64,000 bases of DNA. Origin: Heterodontus francisci. Its lineage: Eukaryota. The position numbers and the translations under genes were made by a program. The notes below the pieces were generated by a model, which did not search any database, was not told where the DNA came from, and worked only from the letters and a program-made list of their open reading frames with translations. Within the stretch, counting starts at the first letter, position 1, and every line of letters begins with the position of its first letter. The stretch is from positions 33,401,298 through 33,465,297 of the forward strand of contig NC_090382.1 of assembly GCF_036365525.1 (NCBI RefSeq), written 5' to 3'. Of the stretch, positions 23,701-38,700 are shown piece by piece.

Positions 23701-26700
23701 CCTTGATCAGATCTCCCCCATCCTTAGGCCTCAAAGGTGCTGGTCCTTGAGTACTTGGGCCATAAATAGACTTTGTGGCAGTGAAGAAGCCACAGATATT
23801 TATGTAAGCAAGATGTTGAAAACGCATGATAATGACTGGGCAGGGCAGCGTTACCTGTTGTTGTGCCTTTAGGGTCATACATTGTAGGGAGTTAGGGTCA
23901 ATAGTGGGACCAGATCTTGAATCTGGCAGTGGAGAAATATCTTTCTAAAATCATAACGTGAACCAAGTTCCTACAACCCTCAACAGTGACAACATGCATA
24001 TCTCAAAATGAAGCGTTCCCTGGTCCTTTAGGTTGTGTAAACCATTATTGTGATGGGCTTGCCTGTGTCTGGAGGAGGTCTGAATTTCACACGTCCTTAT
24101 GTAGTTGAGGTTGACTGTTTTCTTTTTGCACAGGGCTTCAGAGTTGGCCTTCTCTCTGGATCCACTTCCTAAAGACGAGCTGCCACCCGCCCCTGCATTA
24201 ACAGAGGTACGACAGTTTTTTTTAACAGGTACACAAATTATACTTATTTTAACAAGCAATTCTAAAGGATGCCACAATTTTAAAAGGTTTGAAACCCATA
24301 GAACTGAAGCTTCTTTCTGTCTTAATAGATTGACGTTAGAAAATGTATTTAAAAGGAACATTACACTGATCCTGTTTGCCATTGCTGCTATTAGAAAGGG
24401 GAGACACAGCTTTAATGGAGCAGGGAAATGCCTAAGTACAATAATACATTCGGGTATAAGTTAAACTTGTCTATCGTGGTGTTTGCTTTAGTTCGGGGCA
24501 GGTGGGGAATGAATGAGGAGAAGCAGTGAAGTCTCTTTTCATTCTATTCTTTCCATAAACAAAATCCAGGTAATTGCGTGACAGAGAAAATCAACTGCAG
24601 TGTGGTTCAATATCCAAGATAAGGGCTGTGTGTACATTTCATGAGAGATTTCTTTTTGAGTTACAGATTTATTTATTTTTAGTAAAAACTTGTTTATATT
24701 TAGGAAGACCTGGTGGATTTGGATGCCTACACTTTGGCCAAGTCGTACTTTGACTTGAAGGAGTATGACCGTGCAGCATATTTTCTCAAGGGCTGTCAGA
24801 GTCAGAAGGCTTACTTCCTGTATATGTATTCCAGATATCTGGTAAGGGAACACTCATTAATAATAGGATCACTGGTAAACCTGCAATGGCCCATCAAATG
24901 CATTTCAGGGTGACTAGGTGGTGCAGTGGGCTAGCCTCTGCCCTTTCACCTCTGGGGCTTATTTTAAATCCAGCCTAGACTGATGGGATGAAATTCATAG
25001 TCTGGCATCTTTGCTGGACAGCGTTATACTATATAACCATTTTCTAAGATCTGTTGGAAACTTCCATTATCTGTTGTAATGGAGGGGAATCCCCACTGTG
25101 GATCATGGAAATTGGCAATAATCAAGAGTCCCCAAATTATTCTTATACAGCAATATGCTAGGCATGGAAGTATTATGTTATCAGAAGTTCTGGCAGTGAA
25201 ATGATACCTTGTGCAATGCATGAAAAACACAAATAATTGAACATAATATAAGATTGTGTGCATTATTGTCCTTTCCATTTCACTAACCATCCTGTGCCAT
25301 GGAATATCTCAAACAGAGAACAGCAACTTGCTCATAGACCATTATTGTGCCATGTAGGGTAAGCTTTTTTTAAGGAGGTGTGCAAATAGTCCAAAGTGAA
25401 TTCCTACTCAATTTCCACCCTTAAGGAATGCATTGGGTGTCCCATAGTGATATGGGTGAGATTGGGACCTCTGAGATTACATTTTTGTTTGATCAGTTGC
25501 ACACATTTTTTAAATTTCCTTACCCCAGTCTCAAATTGTAGTCTTCTCATATTATACCAACATGACAACAAGACTATACATCGTATCTATTGGGTTGTAA
25601 TACACTTTGAGATGATCTGAGGATGTGAAAGGCATTTGATAAATGCAAGTTTGTTCTTCATACAAAATAAAAACAGAAAGTGCTGGAAATCCTCCGCAGG
25701 TCAGGCAGCATCTGTGGAGAGAGAAGCAGAGTTAACATTTCAGGTCTGCAGCACAGTCTGATCTGCTGTGTATTTGCATAAGAAGTAGGAGTAGGCAATT
25801 CAGCCCCTCGAGCCTGCTCCGCCATTCAGTACGATCATGGCTGATCTTATCTTGGCCTCAACTCCACTTTCCTGCCGGTTCTCCATAACCCTTCATCCTA
25901 TTTCTTATTAAAAATCTGTCTATCTCCTCCTTAAATTTACTCAATGTCCTGGCATCCACCGCACTCTGGGGTAGTGAATTCCACAGATTCACGACCCATT
26001 GAGAGAAGTAATTTCTCTTCATCTCTGTTTTAAATCTGCTACCCCTTATCCTAAAACTATGACCTCTCATTCTAGATGAATTCCACAAGAGGAAACATCC
26101 TCTCTACGTCTACTTTGTCAATCTCCTTAATCATCTTATATACCTCAATTAGATCTCCTCTCATTCTTCTAAAGTCCAGGGAGTAAAGGCCGAAACTCTC
26201 AATCTCTCTTCATAAGACAAGCTCCCCATCTCTGGAATCAATCTAGTGAATCCCCTCTGAACTGCCTCCAATGCAACTACATCCTTTCCCAAGTAAGGGG
26301 ACCAAAACTCTACGCAATACTCCAGGTGCGGTCTCGCTAATGCCAGCACTTCCTGTTTTTATTTCAGATTTCCAGCATCTGTAGTATTTTGCTTTTGTTC
26401 TTCTTATACATTGTTACCCTGCCAAGATGGAAAGCAGATGGAATCAGTCCTTGCAAGTGTCCTGGGAAGACTCGTCCCCTCATTTTTTTCTGCCTTTATG
26501 GCATGGGTCTTTTCCTGCATGTCAACTTTGTATGGTAGAGATTAGTGACTTTGGAGCATAAATTTGCATTCTATCACAGTGGTGGTTATAGAGGCCTGGA
26601 CTAATAAGCCAGAAAATGTGAATTCAAATCTGACCATGGAAGTTGGGGAATTTGAATTCAGTTTTTTTTAAAATCTAAAACTAAAAACCTAGTTACAGTA

Positions 26701-29700
26701 AAAGTGACCATGAAGCTGATTGTCATAAAAACCCAACTGATGCCGTTTAGGGTGGAAACCTGCCTAAACAATCTGTGATTCCAGTCCCACACCAATGTGG
26801 TTGACTCTAAACTGCCCTTTGAAGAGGCCTAGCAAGGCAGTCAGTGGTATCAAGTATCTTCTCAGATTAAAAAGGAATTTAATGTAAAAATCATCCCAGT
26901 TACTGGCTTTGTTATGTTGTAGCTCTGATTCTATGTTGTAATGCTCTGATTGTAATAGGATGAATTTATTAAATGCTTAGTAACTGATTTTGGTATTCTA
27001 GTCTGGAGAAAAGAAGAAGGATGATGAAACAGTGGACAGTTTGGGTAAGTCAGTCTGGCATCAATAACTGGCCACCATAGCAATAAGCTGTGATTTGGTC
27101 CGTTGCATTATTATGAGATTTCCTGTTAAAACAGTATGAAAAGACTACTATTTTAAAGTTTTTTTTGCAATGTTCTTCGTTCCTTACCTGAAGGTTTTGA
27201 TTCTTGCTGGGCTGTGATATTACATGTACTGGTCACTCCCTGATAACCTGCCCAATATTCATGTGTAACCCTGGGCTGTATGAAAAATGGGCATCCCAAA
27301 TATCGAGCGCAATCCTGTTTTCTGTATATTCAGAAGGTAGATGGTGGAAAATCACTGGCTACCAATGAGATATTTTCTTCCTACCTGCCACTCCTAACTC
27401 GGGCATCCTGCAGCTAGCTGTGATACCCCACTGTCAACCTGATAGATCTGCTAATGTAGTGCAGTCCGGGGATCAAACCTGGGGACTTCTGATCTGTGTG
27501 ACTCAGCTGCTCATTGGATAAATTGGCTGAATCTCCAGGGGAGCTGCGAGAGATATTTAATCTGAATTAAATACAGTAGTACTGAACATGTGCATTAATT
27601 GAAAATAGCCTCTGTTTTATATATACTGTGTTTCTCTGCAGCTTGCCTTCAGTATTTTATGTCCTATTGTCCTTGTAGACTGTGGATCCAGCCTGTTGGA
27701 GGGCCACGCAGATTTATCCATCATCTTTTACTTTTTACCTCTTTAAGCATTAAAATATTGAAATTAATATTGTGCATCATTTTGTATTTGTTTTAATTCA
27801 CTATTGTGTATCTGGAGTAAGAGGCAGTGCCTACAATTTTTTATTGACCTGCATTATTAATGGCATCTATGTTTTATTAAATGTGCCTAGAATCTGTTAT
27901 GTTAAACTGACCTCCAGGGGAGGTGCTAGACTGTTGAGGAAAAGATGCTTTAAGTTTAACTATATTTCATTGGACTATTTATATTTATAAAGGCTTGTAG
28001 CAGCATTGTATTTCAGTATTGAAAGACATGGTTGTGTGCAATTTTTATTGATACGACTGTCCAGGTCCTTTGAATGGGAGCAAATAATATATTGCTTAAT
28101 GTGATCTGTGATTGCAGGCTACATCATCATTTCCCCCAGACCTGTATGTGTGAAGGTTTATGTTATATCTGCTTGGCAGGTCCCTTGGAGAAAGGACAGG
28201 TGAAGAATGAGTCTCTGAGGGAGTTGCGAGTGGAACTGAGCAAAAAACACAAAGCGAGGGAATTGGATGGATTTGGCCTATACTTGTACGTACTAACTTA
28301 TATTATTTTTAAATTGACTTTTTTCCAATGTGTGCTGAATAAGATAGTTGATAATTCGGAGGAAGGTTATTCTACTGAATTTTCCCACAACCTTGTAGGT
28401 AGTAAAGGGGGGTTGGGGTGGGGGGGGGGCACCTGTGCACTGTCCCAAATCTCTCTCATTGTTTGTTGCCATGTGTTGTACTTTAGAACTGGTAAAAGGC
28501 AGCCTGAGAACTAACAATTGGGTAGAAGCTGTCCCATTGTGAAATTGTACTGCAGTGACATTGTGACCAGGGATAGTGAGCTGTCTGAATACTTCACATT
28601 TCTGTTGTCATTGGAGAAGCAATGAAGTGGCTCTTTAAAATATAAAATTTAGCCTTAACAATAGATTGTAAGCATGAGAAAGTCCTGCTTAAAACATGCA
28701 GTCCTTTGATCAGACCACACCTTGAGTAATGTTCAGGTATGGCAGCATCTGTGTAGAGAGAAACGGAGTTAATGTTTTGGGTCGATGACCACTGGTTCTG
28801 ATGAAAGGTCATTGACCTGAAACATTAACTCAGTTTCTCTCTCCACAGATACTGCCAGCTCTGCTTAGTGTTGCCAGCATTTACTGTTTTTATGTCAGTT
28901 TTCCAGTATCTGAAGTATTTTGCTTTTGTCCTTGAGTAATGTGCTCAGTTCTGCCCCCAAGTTATTCAGCACTTGGGGGTGATGGATAAAAGAGCCACAA
29001 GCAGAACACTGTTGCCAGAGAAATGAGTCGTAAGGAAAGACTGGAGGAACTTGGGCTTTTCAGCTTTGAAAGAATTTGACTGCAAGGTGACCTCGTAAAG
29101 CTGTATAAGGTAGTAAATGGTATAGAAGAGTAAATCTGAACACTACTTCAAATTAAAGCATAACGGTAGAGCAAGGGGTTTCAAACATGAAGCAATGAAA
29201 GGCAAACATTGGACTGATGTCAGGAAGTTCCTCTTCATGCTAACTGTAATCCACATGGAATGGACCTGTGGATAGGGTAGTAGAGGAAAAGGTCGGGAAT
29301 TATCAAAGAAACCGGCGCATATTATGATTGGAGGAGAGCTGAAGTTTGTTTGTAGGTGGATGACCCAGTGAGTCAAGTGACAATTCCTGTTGTCACAAGA
29401 TAGATTCCATCAAAATATCCCATTATAACACTTAAGGCTGTTCAATTCAGTAGAATATATATTTCTAACACTACCAAGGGATTGTCATAATTACTTGGAA
29501 ATGTATGTCATAGAGTCATACAGCACAGAAACAGGCCCTTTGGCCCATCATGTCTGTGCTGGCCATCAAGCACCTACCTATTCGAATCCCATTTTCCAGC
29601 ACTTGGCCCATAACCTTCAAGTGCTCATCTAAATACTTCTTAAATGTTGTGATGGTTCCTGCCTCTACCACCCCTTCAGGCAGTGCGTTCCAAATTCCAA

Positions 29701-32700
29701 CCACCCTCTGGGTGAAAAACTTTTCCTCAAATCCCCTCTAAACCTCCTAGCTTAAATCTATGCCCCCTGGTTATTGACAGCTCTGCTAAGGGAAAAAGTT
29801 TCTTCCTATCTAATCTTTCAATGCCCCTCAATTTTGTATACCTCAATCATGTCCCTCCTCAACCTTCTCTGCTCCAAGGAAAACAACCCTAGCCTTTTCA
29901 GTCTCTCTTCATAGCTGAAATGCTCCAGCCCAGGCAGCATCCTAGTGAATCTTCTCTGCACTTTCTCCAGTGCAGTCACATCCTTCCTATAGTGTGGTAC
30001 CTGTGCTGCTGCCTTCAGTGATCTATGGACAAGTACACCAAGGTCCCTCTGACCCTCTGTACTTCCTAGGGTCCTACCATCGATTGTATATTCCCTTGCC
30101 TTGTTAGTCTTCCCAAAATGCAACACTTCACACTTCTCAGGATTAAATTCCATTTGCCACTGCTCCGCCCATCTTACCAGCCCATCTATATCGTCCTGTA
30201 ATCTGAGGCTTTCCTCCTCACTATTTACGACACCACCAATTTTTGTGTCACCCGCGAACGTACTTATCATACCTCCTATATTCACGTCTAAATCATTATT
30301 GTACACTCCAAACAGCAAGGGTCCCAGCACCGATCCCTGCGGTACACCACTGGCCAGGCTTCCAATCACAAAAACAACCCTCGACCATCACCCTCTGCTT
30401 CCTACCACTAAGCCAATTTTGGATCCAATTTGCCAAATTTCCCTGGATCCCATTGGCTCTTACCTTCTTGACCAATCTCCCATGTGGGACCTTATCAAAT
30501 GCCTTACTGAAGTCCATGTAGACTACATCCCTGATCTACACATCTAGTCACCTCCTCGAAAAATTCAATCAAGTTGGTTAGACACGATCTCCCCCTGACA
30601 AAGCCATGCTGACTATCCCTGATTAACCCTGCCTCTCCAAGTGGAGATTAATCGTGTCCCTCACAATTTTTTCCAATAATGGTACCATATTCACTGTCCT
30701 CCAGTCCTCTGGTACCTCTCCTGTGGCCAGAGAGGATCTGAAACTTTGTGTCAGAGCCCCTGCCACCTCCTCCTTTGCCTCACATAACAGCCTGGGATAC
30801 ATCTCATCTGGGCCTGGGGATTTAAACACTGTTAAGCTCTCTGTAACAGCTAATACTTTCTCCCTTTCAATACTAATATGTTCAATTGTATCACGATCTC
30901 CCTCCTTGATCTGTACACCTACATCGTCCTTCTCCATAATGAACACAGATGAAAAGTAATCATTTAAAACCTTACCTATATCATCCGGCTCCACACACAC
31001 ATCGCCACTTTAGTCCCTAATGTGCCCTACTCTTTCCCTGCTTATCCTCTTGCTCTTAATATACTTATAAAATGCCTTAGGATTTTTCTTTATCTTGCCC
31101 ACCAGTGTTTTTTCATGTCCCCTCTTCGCTCTCCTAATTACTTTTTTTGTGTACCCCCCTTACACTTTCTACACTGCTCTAGGGCCTGTGCTGTTTTCAG
31201 CGTTCTGAATCTGCCATAAGCTTCCTTTTTTTTTCCTGATGCAATCCTCTATATCCCTTGAAATCCAGGACTTGTTGGTCCTGCCCTTCACCTTAATGGG
31301 TACATGTTGGCTCTGAACTCACTATTTCCTCTTTGACTCCTACTGGTCTGATGTAGACTTTCCATTGTCGGTCAAATAAAATTGATGTATTTTCCTTTTA
31401 AGGACAAAATACAACAGATAGTACCAAATGAATTATGACTATCCCATTGCAGAAGCATTAACAGAAAAGTTTCCAGTGACAGATGCCTGCTTGGGCAAGG
31501 TGCCAGAGGGTTGAGATGTTTACAAAATGTTACGCAAGCAAGAGTCAGCACCTTCAGTGAACGTTGGGGTGGGGGGAATTTGAAGTGGCATTTATTTTTT
31601 TTTAAGAGATTTCAGCTTGAAGTGTGAGCTCAGGAATTAAATGACTGTTTTAAATTGCGCACCATTTTCTCTCATGACACAAATTATCTCAGCCTCAATT
31701 ACATTTATTGCTTTTAATGAGCTTCCTATTCTCTTTTTGCATTACATTGTGAGTTTAACCATTTTATATATAGCTAGTGTTTGATACATGTATCTACGTA
31801 AGATTAAATTCACTCAGTTTGTATATTAGGTACGGGGTAGTCCTGCGGAAGCTGGACCTGGTTAAAGAAGCCATTGACGTGTTTGTGGAAGCCACACACA
31901 GTCTGCCTCTGCATTGGGGAGCTTGGCTCGAACTCTGCAACCTCATTACTGACAAGGAGATGGTAAGGGACTAATACATTCCTTTCCTGAGGATTCTGTC
32001 ATGGCCAATAACTTATTGAGTGTATTTGTTTCTCTTCAACTGAGTTGCTCGGACAGTTTTCCGTTCCTGAGGATATTCATTGTTCTGGGAAAGGGTAGAG
32101 TGCGAGAGAGACTTTACTCTTCCATGGTGCCTCTTGTTAAATCAGGAGCCCAGTTAACAGAAGTGACACCCAAAGAGGGGAGTTCACATTTCAGTGCTGA
32201 GGGAGTGCTACATTGCCAGAGGTATCAACCTATCTTGCCATTCAGGTGAAAGTTAAAGATGCACTGGCATCTTGAAGAGTCCTGGCCAATGTTCTTCCCT
32301 CATCCAACATCACATGCAGTAGATTAGCTAGTTATTGACTCTCATTACTGTCAGTGGGACCTGACTGAGCCACAGTTGCCAGCATAACAGTGAATGCACT
32401 TCAAAGCAATTCTAGAACATTTGAGAGATACAAGACACTGCAAAAATACAAGTTTTTGTTAAATTATGGTGCAAACTTTGTGCCAAGTAAAAAAAAATTT
32501 TTTGGAGCATTCCCAAAACTGAAGTAGGAGGGCATAGCTGTTTTACTCGCACCCCCAACGAATCTTGATGGGTTTTGTTTACCTGCTCTGTGATTGTTCT
32601 AGTGTAAAAGTCAGATCCATTCATGATTTTTAATTTGAAACTGATTGTTCGACCAGGCATTTGCTATTGGCTGGATCGCTCACTTGAAAGCCTTTCCATC

Positions 32701-35700
32701 TGCCTCATGTAACATCAGCGTGCAGGCCCTTCGTGTAGGGTACACTAATAAGAACATAACTTAAGAAATAGGAGCAGGCCATTCACCCCTTTGAGCCTGC
32801 TCTGCCATTCAATGCGATCATGGCTGACCTACTTCATTTTCCTGCACTATCCCCAAAACCTTTTATGTTTTTAATATGTAGCAATCTATCGCTCTCCGTC
32901 TTGAACATACTCAACGACTGAGCCTGCACAGCCCTCTGGGGTAGAGAATTCCAAAGATTGACCAACCTCTGAGTGAAGAAATTCCTCCTCATCTGCCGTC
33001 CTTACCTGGTCTGGCCAACGTGTGACTCCAGATCCACAGCAATGTGGTTGACTCTTTAAATAAAATGCCCTCTGAAATGCCCTAGCAAGCCACTCCGTTC
33101 AAGGGCAATTAGGAATGGGCAACAAATGCTGGCCTAGCCAGCGACGCCAACATCCCACAAATGAATAAAAAAAAAATTCACTGGTTCCCCCTTATCCATT
33201 CTGCTAGTTACATCCTCAAAAAATTCCAACAGGTTTGTCAAACATGATTTCCCTTTCAAAAATCCATGTTGACTCTGCCCAATCCTGCCATTAATTTCTT
33301 AGTGTCCTGTTATCACTTGCTTTATTCTGGCATTCTCCCTATGACTGATGTTAGACTAACAGGTCTGTAGTTCCCCATTTTCTCTCACCCTCCTTTCTTA
33401 AATAGCGGGGTTAAATTTGCCACATTCCAATCTGCAGGAACCATTCTAGAGTCTATAGAATTTTCAAAGATTACCACCAATGCATCTACGAATCTACTAT
33501 CTCTACAGCCACCTCTTTCAATACTCTGGGATATAGATCATCGGGTCCAAGGGATTTATCTACTTTGAGTCCTATTAATTTCTCTCGTACTGTTTTTACT
33601 AATAATATCTTGCAGTTCCTCGATAATACTAGTCCTGTGATTCTTCATTGTTTCTGGGAGGTTTTTGGTATTCTCCTCCGTGAAGACAAACACAAAGTAT
33701 TTGTTTAGTTTCTCTGCCATTTCCTTATTCCCCATTATAAATTCTAACTCTGCTTATAATAGACCCACATCTGTTTTTGCTTATCTTTTTACTTACCTAT
33801 AGAAGCTTTTATAGTCCGTTTTTATGTTTCTCACTAGTTTACTCTCACATTCTATTTTCCCTTTCTTAATCTTTTTCTTGGTTCTCCTTTGCAGAATTCT
33901 AAAGAGCTCCTGAACCTCAGGCTTACCATTTTTTTTGGCAACTTTATACACCTTTTCCTTTGATCTAATACAATCCTTGATTTCTTTCATTAGCCACGGT
34001 TGGAAAATTTTCCCTGCTGGGTTTTAGTGCATTAAAGGAATGTATTTTTGTTATAAACTATGTATTAGTTCTTTAAATGTTAGCCATTGCCTGTCTATCA
34101 TTATACCTTTTAACCCAATCCACCATAGCCAACTTGCCCCTCATATCTTCATAGTTTCCTTTGCTTAGATTTAAGACTCTAATTTCTGATTGAACTAGAT
34201 CACTTTCAAACTTGATGTAAAAATCTATCATATTATGGTCCTTCTTTCCTAAAGGCTCCTTTACAACAACATTATTGCATAATACTAGATCTAAAATAGC
34301 CCATTCCCTAGTTGGTTCCTCAATGTACTGCTCTAGAAAACCATCTCGCATACATTCCAAGAATTCGTCTTCCACAACATTAGTACTAATTAGGTTTACC
34401 CGGTCTATATGTAGATTGATATCCCCCATGATTACTGTATTACCCTTGTTACACGCACCTCTAATTTCCTGATTTATACTGTGCTATTTGGCCTATAAAC
34501 ACCTCCCACCAATATTTTCTGCCACTTGCTGTTTCTTAGTTCCACCCAAACTGATTCTACTTTTTGATATTTAGAACTAAAGTCATCTCTCAGTACAGTA
34601 CTAATGCTCTCTTTAATTAACAGAGCTACCCCACCACCTTTCCCAGCTTCCTGTCTTTCCTGAATGTGACGTACCCTTGGATATGTAGGTCCCAACTTTA
34701 GTTTCCTTGCAGTCACATCTCTGTAATGGCTATCAGGTCATACATATGAATTTCAATTTGAGCTGACAATTCATCTGTTGTATTCTGAATGCCCACAGCA
34801 TTCACATACAGGGCCCTTAATTGAGTTTTTTTTTGTTACTGTTTTTGTAAACTCAAGCCCTATCTGCTGGCACCCCGTTAAGTTTGCAGTCACCGTTCTT
34901 CCTGCGATACTCTGATTATCATTACCTTTGCTACCTTGATCGATTGCCTTGTCATTTCCCTTTAATTTGCTCAATCTTCCCCTACGTGATCCCTTAGCCC
35001 CCCCCCCCCCCTCCCCCATTTAGTTTAAAGCCATTTCTACTTCCCTTGTTATACGACTCACTAGAACATGGTGCAGGTGAAGTCCCCACTTTCCCCAGTA
35101 CTGGTGCCAGTGCCCCATGAACCGGAACCCACTTCTTCCACGCCAGTCTTTAAGCCACACATTAATTTCTCTAATCTAATTCACCCTATGCCAATTTTTA
35201 CCTGGCTCCGGTAATAATCCAGAGATTATTACCTTTGATCTGCTTTTTTTTTATAGTGCCTAGCTCCTCATACTCCCTATGAAGAACCTCTTTCCTAGTC
35301 CTATCTATGTCATTGGTACCTACATGGACCATGACAGTTGATCCTTCCCCCTCCCACTGCAAGTTCCTCTCCAGACCTGAGCAGATGACATGAACGTTGG
35401 CACTAGGCAGGCAACAAAGCCTTCTGGACTTTCGCTCTTGGCTGCAGAGGACAGTGTCTATCCCCCGACTATATTGTCGCCTACTACCACCACATTCCTT
35501 TTAACTCCCCAACCCCCCCCCATGCCCCACTTGAAGGGCTTCCAGTGCCATGATCAGACTGCTCATCCACACTACAGTCCTCGCTCTTGCCCATACAAGC
35601 TGCAAGAACCTCGAACCTGTTGATCAATTGCAAGGGCTGAGGCTCCTCCATTCCCACCTTGATCCCCTTACCTGCCTAACTCGCAGTCACACCCGCCTGA

Positions 35701-38700
35701 CCCTGATAACTGACCAAATCAGACGACCCTATCCTAAAGGGTGTGGCTGCCTTCTGGAACAAAGTGTCCAGGTAACCTTCCCCCTCCCTGATGCATTGCA
35801 ATGTCTGTAGCTCGGCCTCCAGCTCATTAACTCTGAGCCGAAGCTCCTCAATTCGTAGACACTACAGATGTGATTGCCATGGATTTCAATGGCATCCAGG
35901 AGCCCGCACATGCTGCAGCTGCGACACATCACCTGTCCTGCCATCATTATTGTGTTTGTTAAATTTATTTTTCCTTAATTAATTTATAGTTCCCCACTTC
36001 AATGAACTCCTTCACTCAACAAACTCCTGGCTTTGCACTCGGTGCACTCAAGCAGCACTCAGTGCAGACCAAATAGACCCATTGTTAAAGATGATTATGA
36101 TACTTACAGATGAGGAAGTCCATTTGGCCCATTTTCATCATTTATCCAGAACAATCCCACATTCCCCTATTGCTGCATTGAATTGTTTCTTAAACATTCT
36201 AGAGACTCTGTCTCTACTACTTGGAAGTCCAAGGTGTCTCACAAGGCACATGGGTTATAGTTCTGAGCACAATGATGTTAGTGCTGACATGTGTACACTG
36301 CTGGTACCAGTTATTCTTTGCTTTCCTCTTCGAGCTCAAGCCCATGGTGCTGCCCAGTACATGGATGAAAGAGTTCTTCCTGGCTCATATCTACACAGAG
36401 CTGCAGCTGATTGAGGAGGCACTGCAAAAATACCAGAACCTGATTGATGCTGGCTTCTCCAAAAGTACTTACATCATCTCCCAAATTGCTGTGGCTTATC
36501 ACAATGTTCGAGGTCAGTATTAGATTACGATGAGGTCTCTTCATTTTTGTAATGTAAAATCAAATTGAGATGGTCCCACATTTCAGGTGTATTTTTTTTT
36601 AAACTCTATTCTTTAGCTTCCATTCTGCTGTCAGTTTTTTCTGAAGTTTAGGAATGTTTGCAGTAAGACCAAGAGCCTGGCCTTAGCAGTGACTCCTAAA
36701 TGTAGCTGATTCCTGGTCTTGATTCAACCCAGTTCCCACCAGAAATTCTTCACTTGTTTGCCCAAGATCATTTTGTAAATGAGAAGATCAATACAACACG
36801 TGGCCAATGTATAGTTAGGGTTGCCACCCATCTGGTTTTGAACTGGACAGACCTATTACTAATGCTGAATATCTTACTATTTTCTAAAAATGAAACTGGA
36901 CACCAGTGTGTCTTCACTTAATGTGAGATCACAACATCTGTGATCCTGGTACTGTCTAGAAGATAAAGAAATAGCTTCTGATTCACTGACTTTCGATAGT
37001 GATGCCACATGTGGCAGTTTTTGGTGCAGGATTTTCTGTGCTTCACTTTATCCCCAGGGGTCCCTCTGAAGAGAGACTGCAGCTTGGAATTCTGCTTGAG
37101 ATGAAGTTCAAAATTGGTTTCAGCATGGACTTAGCAGTTGCTTAAAGAGAAAGGGGTAGAGTACCCACTTTGAGTGCAATCAGTGATTCTGGCACAAAAT
37201 GCTTCCGTTTCGAAAAGTCTTGGTTTCCACCGAACACGCATTCTGCCACGAACCAGTACAATTGTCAAATTTTTTTAAATGCCTTCTTTTAAAAATTGCT
37301 TCAGAAAATATGCCTTGCTATATTTGAATGGTAACTTTGAAAATAACTTGTGAAAAAAAAATACAGAACGATTTTCTAAATGGATTGGGGCACAATAGCC
37401 AGTTCCTTGGTAAATTAAAAAAATAAATTATATTCAAAATCTTTTAAACTGTACCTGTTAGTGTCCATACTCCCAAAAGATCAAGTTTGATTTTTAGAGT
37501 CTCCTTGAAGGCCTACAACCAAGAGCAATTAGTGGAAACTCCCAGTGGTGATCAGTTCACCCTGAGGGTATGGCCAGTTTTGTGGTGGGGCCTGCTTCCA
37601 TCACAATGTATTTAAAACTGACCCAAAAGGTCCTGGAAACGCGGCTTGTGCTAAATGCAATTTGCACTTAAATTTCCTTGATCCCTTGTACCAGTTACGC
37701 TGATTCTGGGCAAATTACACAGGGGCAAAACCAGAGCAATCGAGCGGAAACTCCTGACCAATCTCAAATCTCTTAATTTTTTTTAAAAAGGAAAATTGGG
37801 GCTAACTTTTCTGGGGATAAATAGACCTTGCCAACCTAATCCCACTTGAAGCGGGATCGATGGTGGTGCTTTTCGTGCTGAAATTTAAGTTTGACATGTC
37901 TCTTGATTGAGGTGGTTTTTCTTGCTGCAGAGCATTTGTTTTATTGCACCTTGGTGTCTCTGCTCTACAGTGCAGTTCTTGAGGCTGTAAGTTTGAGCTT
38001 TTAAAAATTCTGAATTTATTTAAATCATTAGTTTTTTTTGTCATCCAGGAGTATCGGGGGAATTCCTATTGTGCATTGTAAAAAAAAAATGAAGTGTTTT
38101 AATGGTAGGGCCTGTGTGGGAAGCTAAGATATAATGGCTGTCTCATACAATTTCTTTAGATTTTACTTTTTATACAAAAAACACGCCTGATTAGTCAAGG
38201 AGTGCCTCTATATTAATTTTTGAATAAACCTTTTTTATTCAAACCCTTATGTCTGCAGTTCTGTAAAGTGTTTTAAAATTAAGATTTCCAGGTTTACATT
38301 TGTGACTTGTGAAATCATCTTAACCTTTCAGCGTGCTATTTGTGGAATGACGTGTGCCAGAGTGTGTTATCCTGTGTGTGTCAGATGAAAGGTTCTTTTG
38401 ATTTATTGTGTTCATTTGTATCTGATACTGTCATGTATTCAGGAAATGCTGAACTATTTTTCTTTCTTTTTCTCTAATCTCTTTAGACATTGATAGAGCT
38501 TTAACCCTTTTCAATGAATTACGGAATCAGGACCCATATAGGATAGAGAATATGGACACTTTATCCAATCTGCTGTATGTCCGGGTAAGGCTGGCATTTC
38601 TGGTTTATGGGCTTGTGGAGGTTTAAGGACTCATGGAACTGATTTCCATTCCATCTATTCCAATAGACTCAATATTAATCTAGTTATGTTCTTTGTTTTT

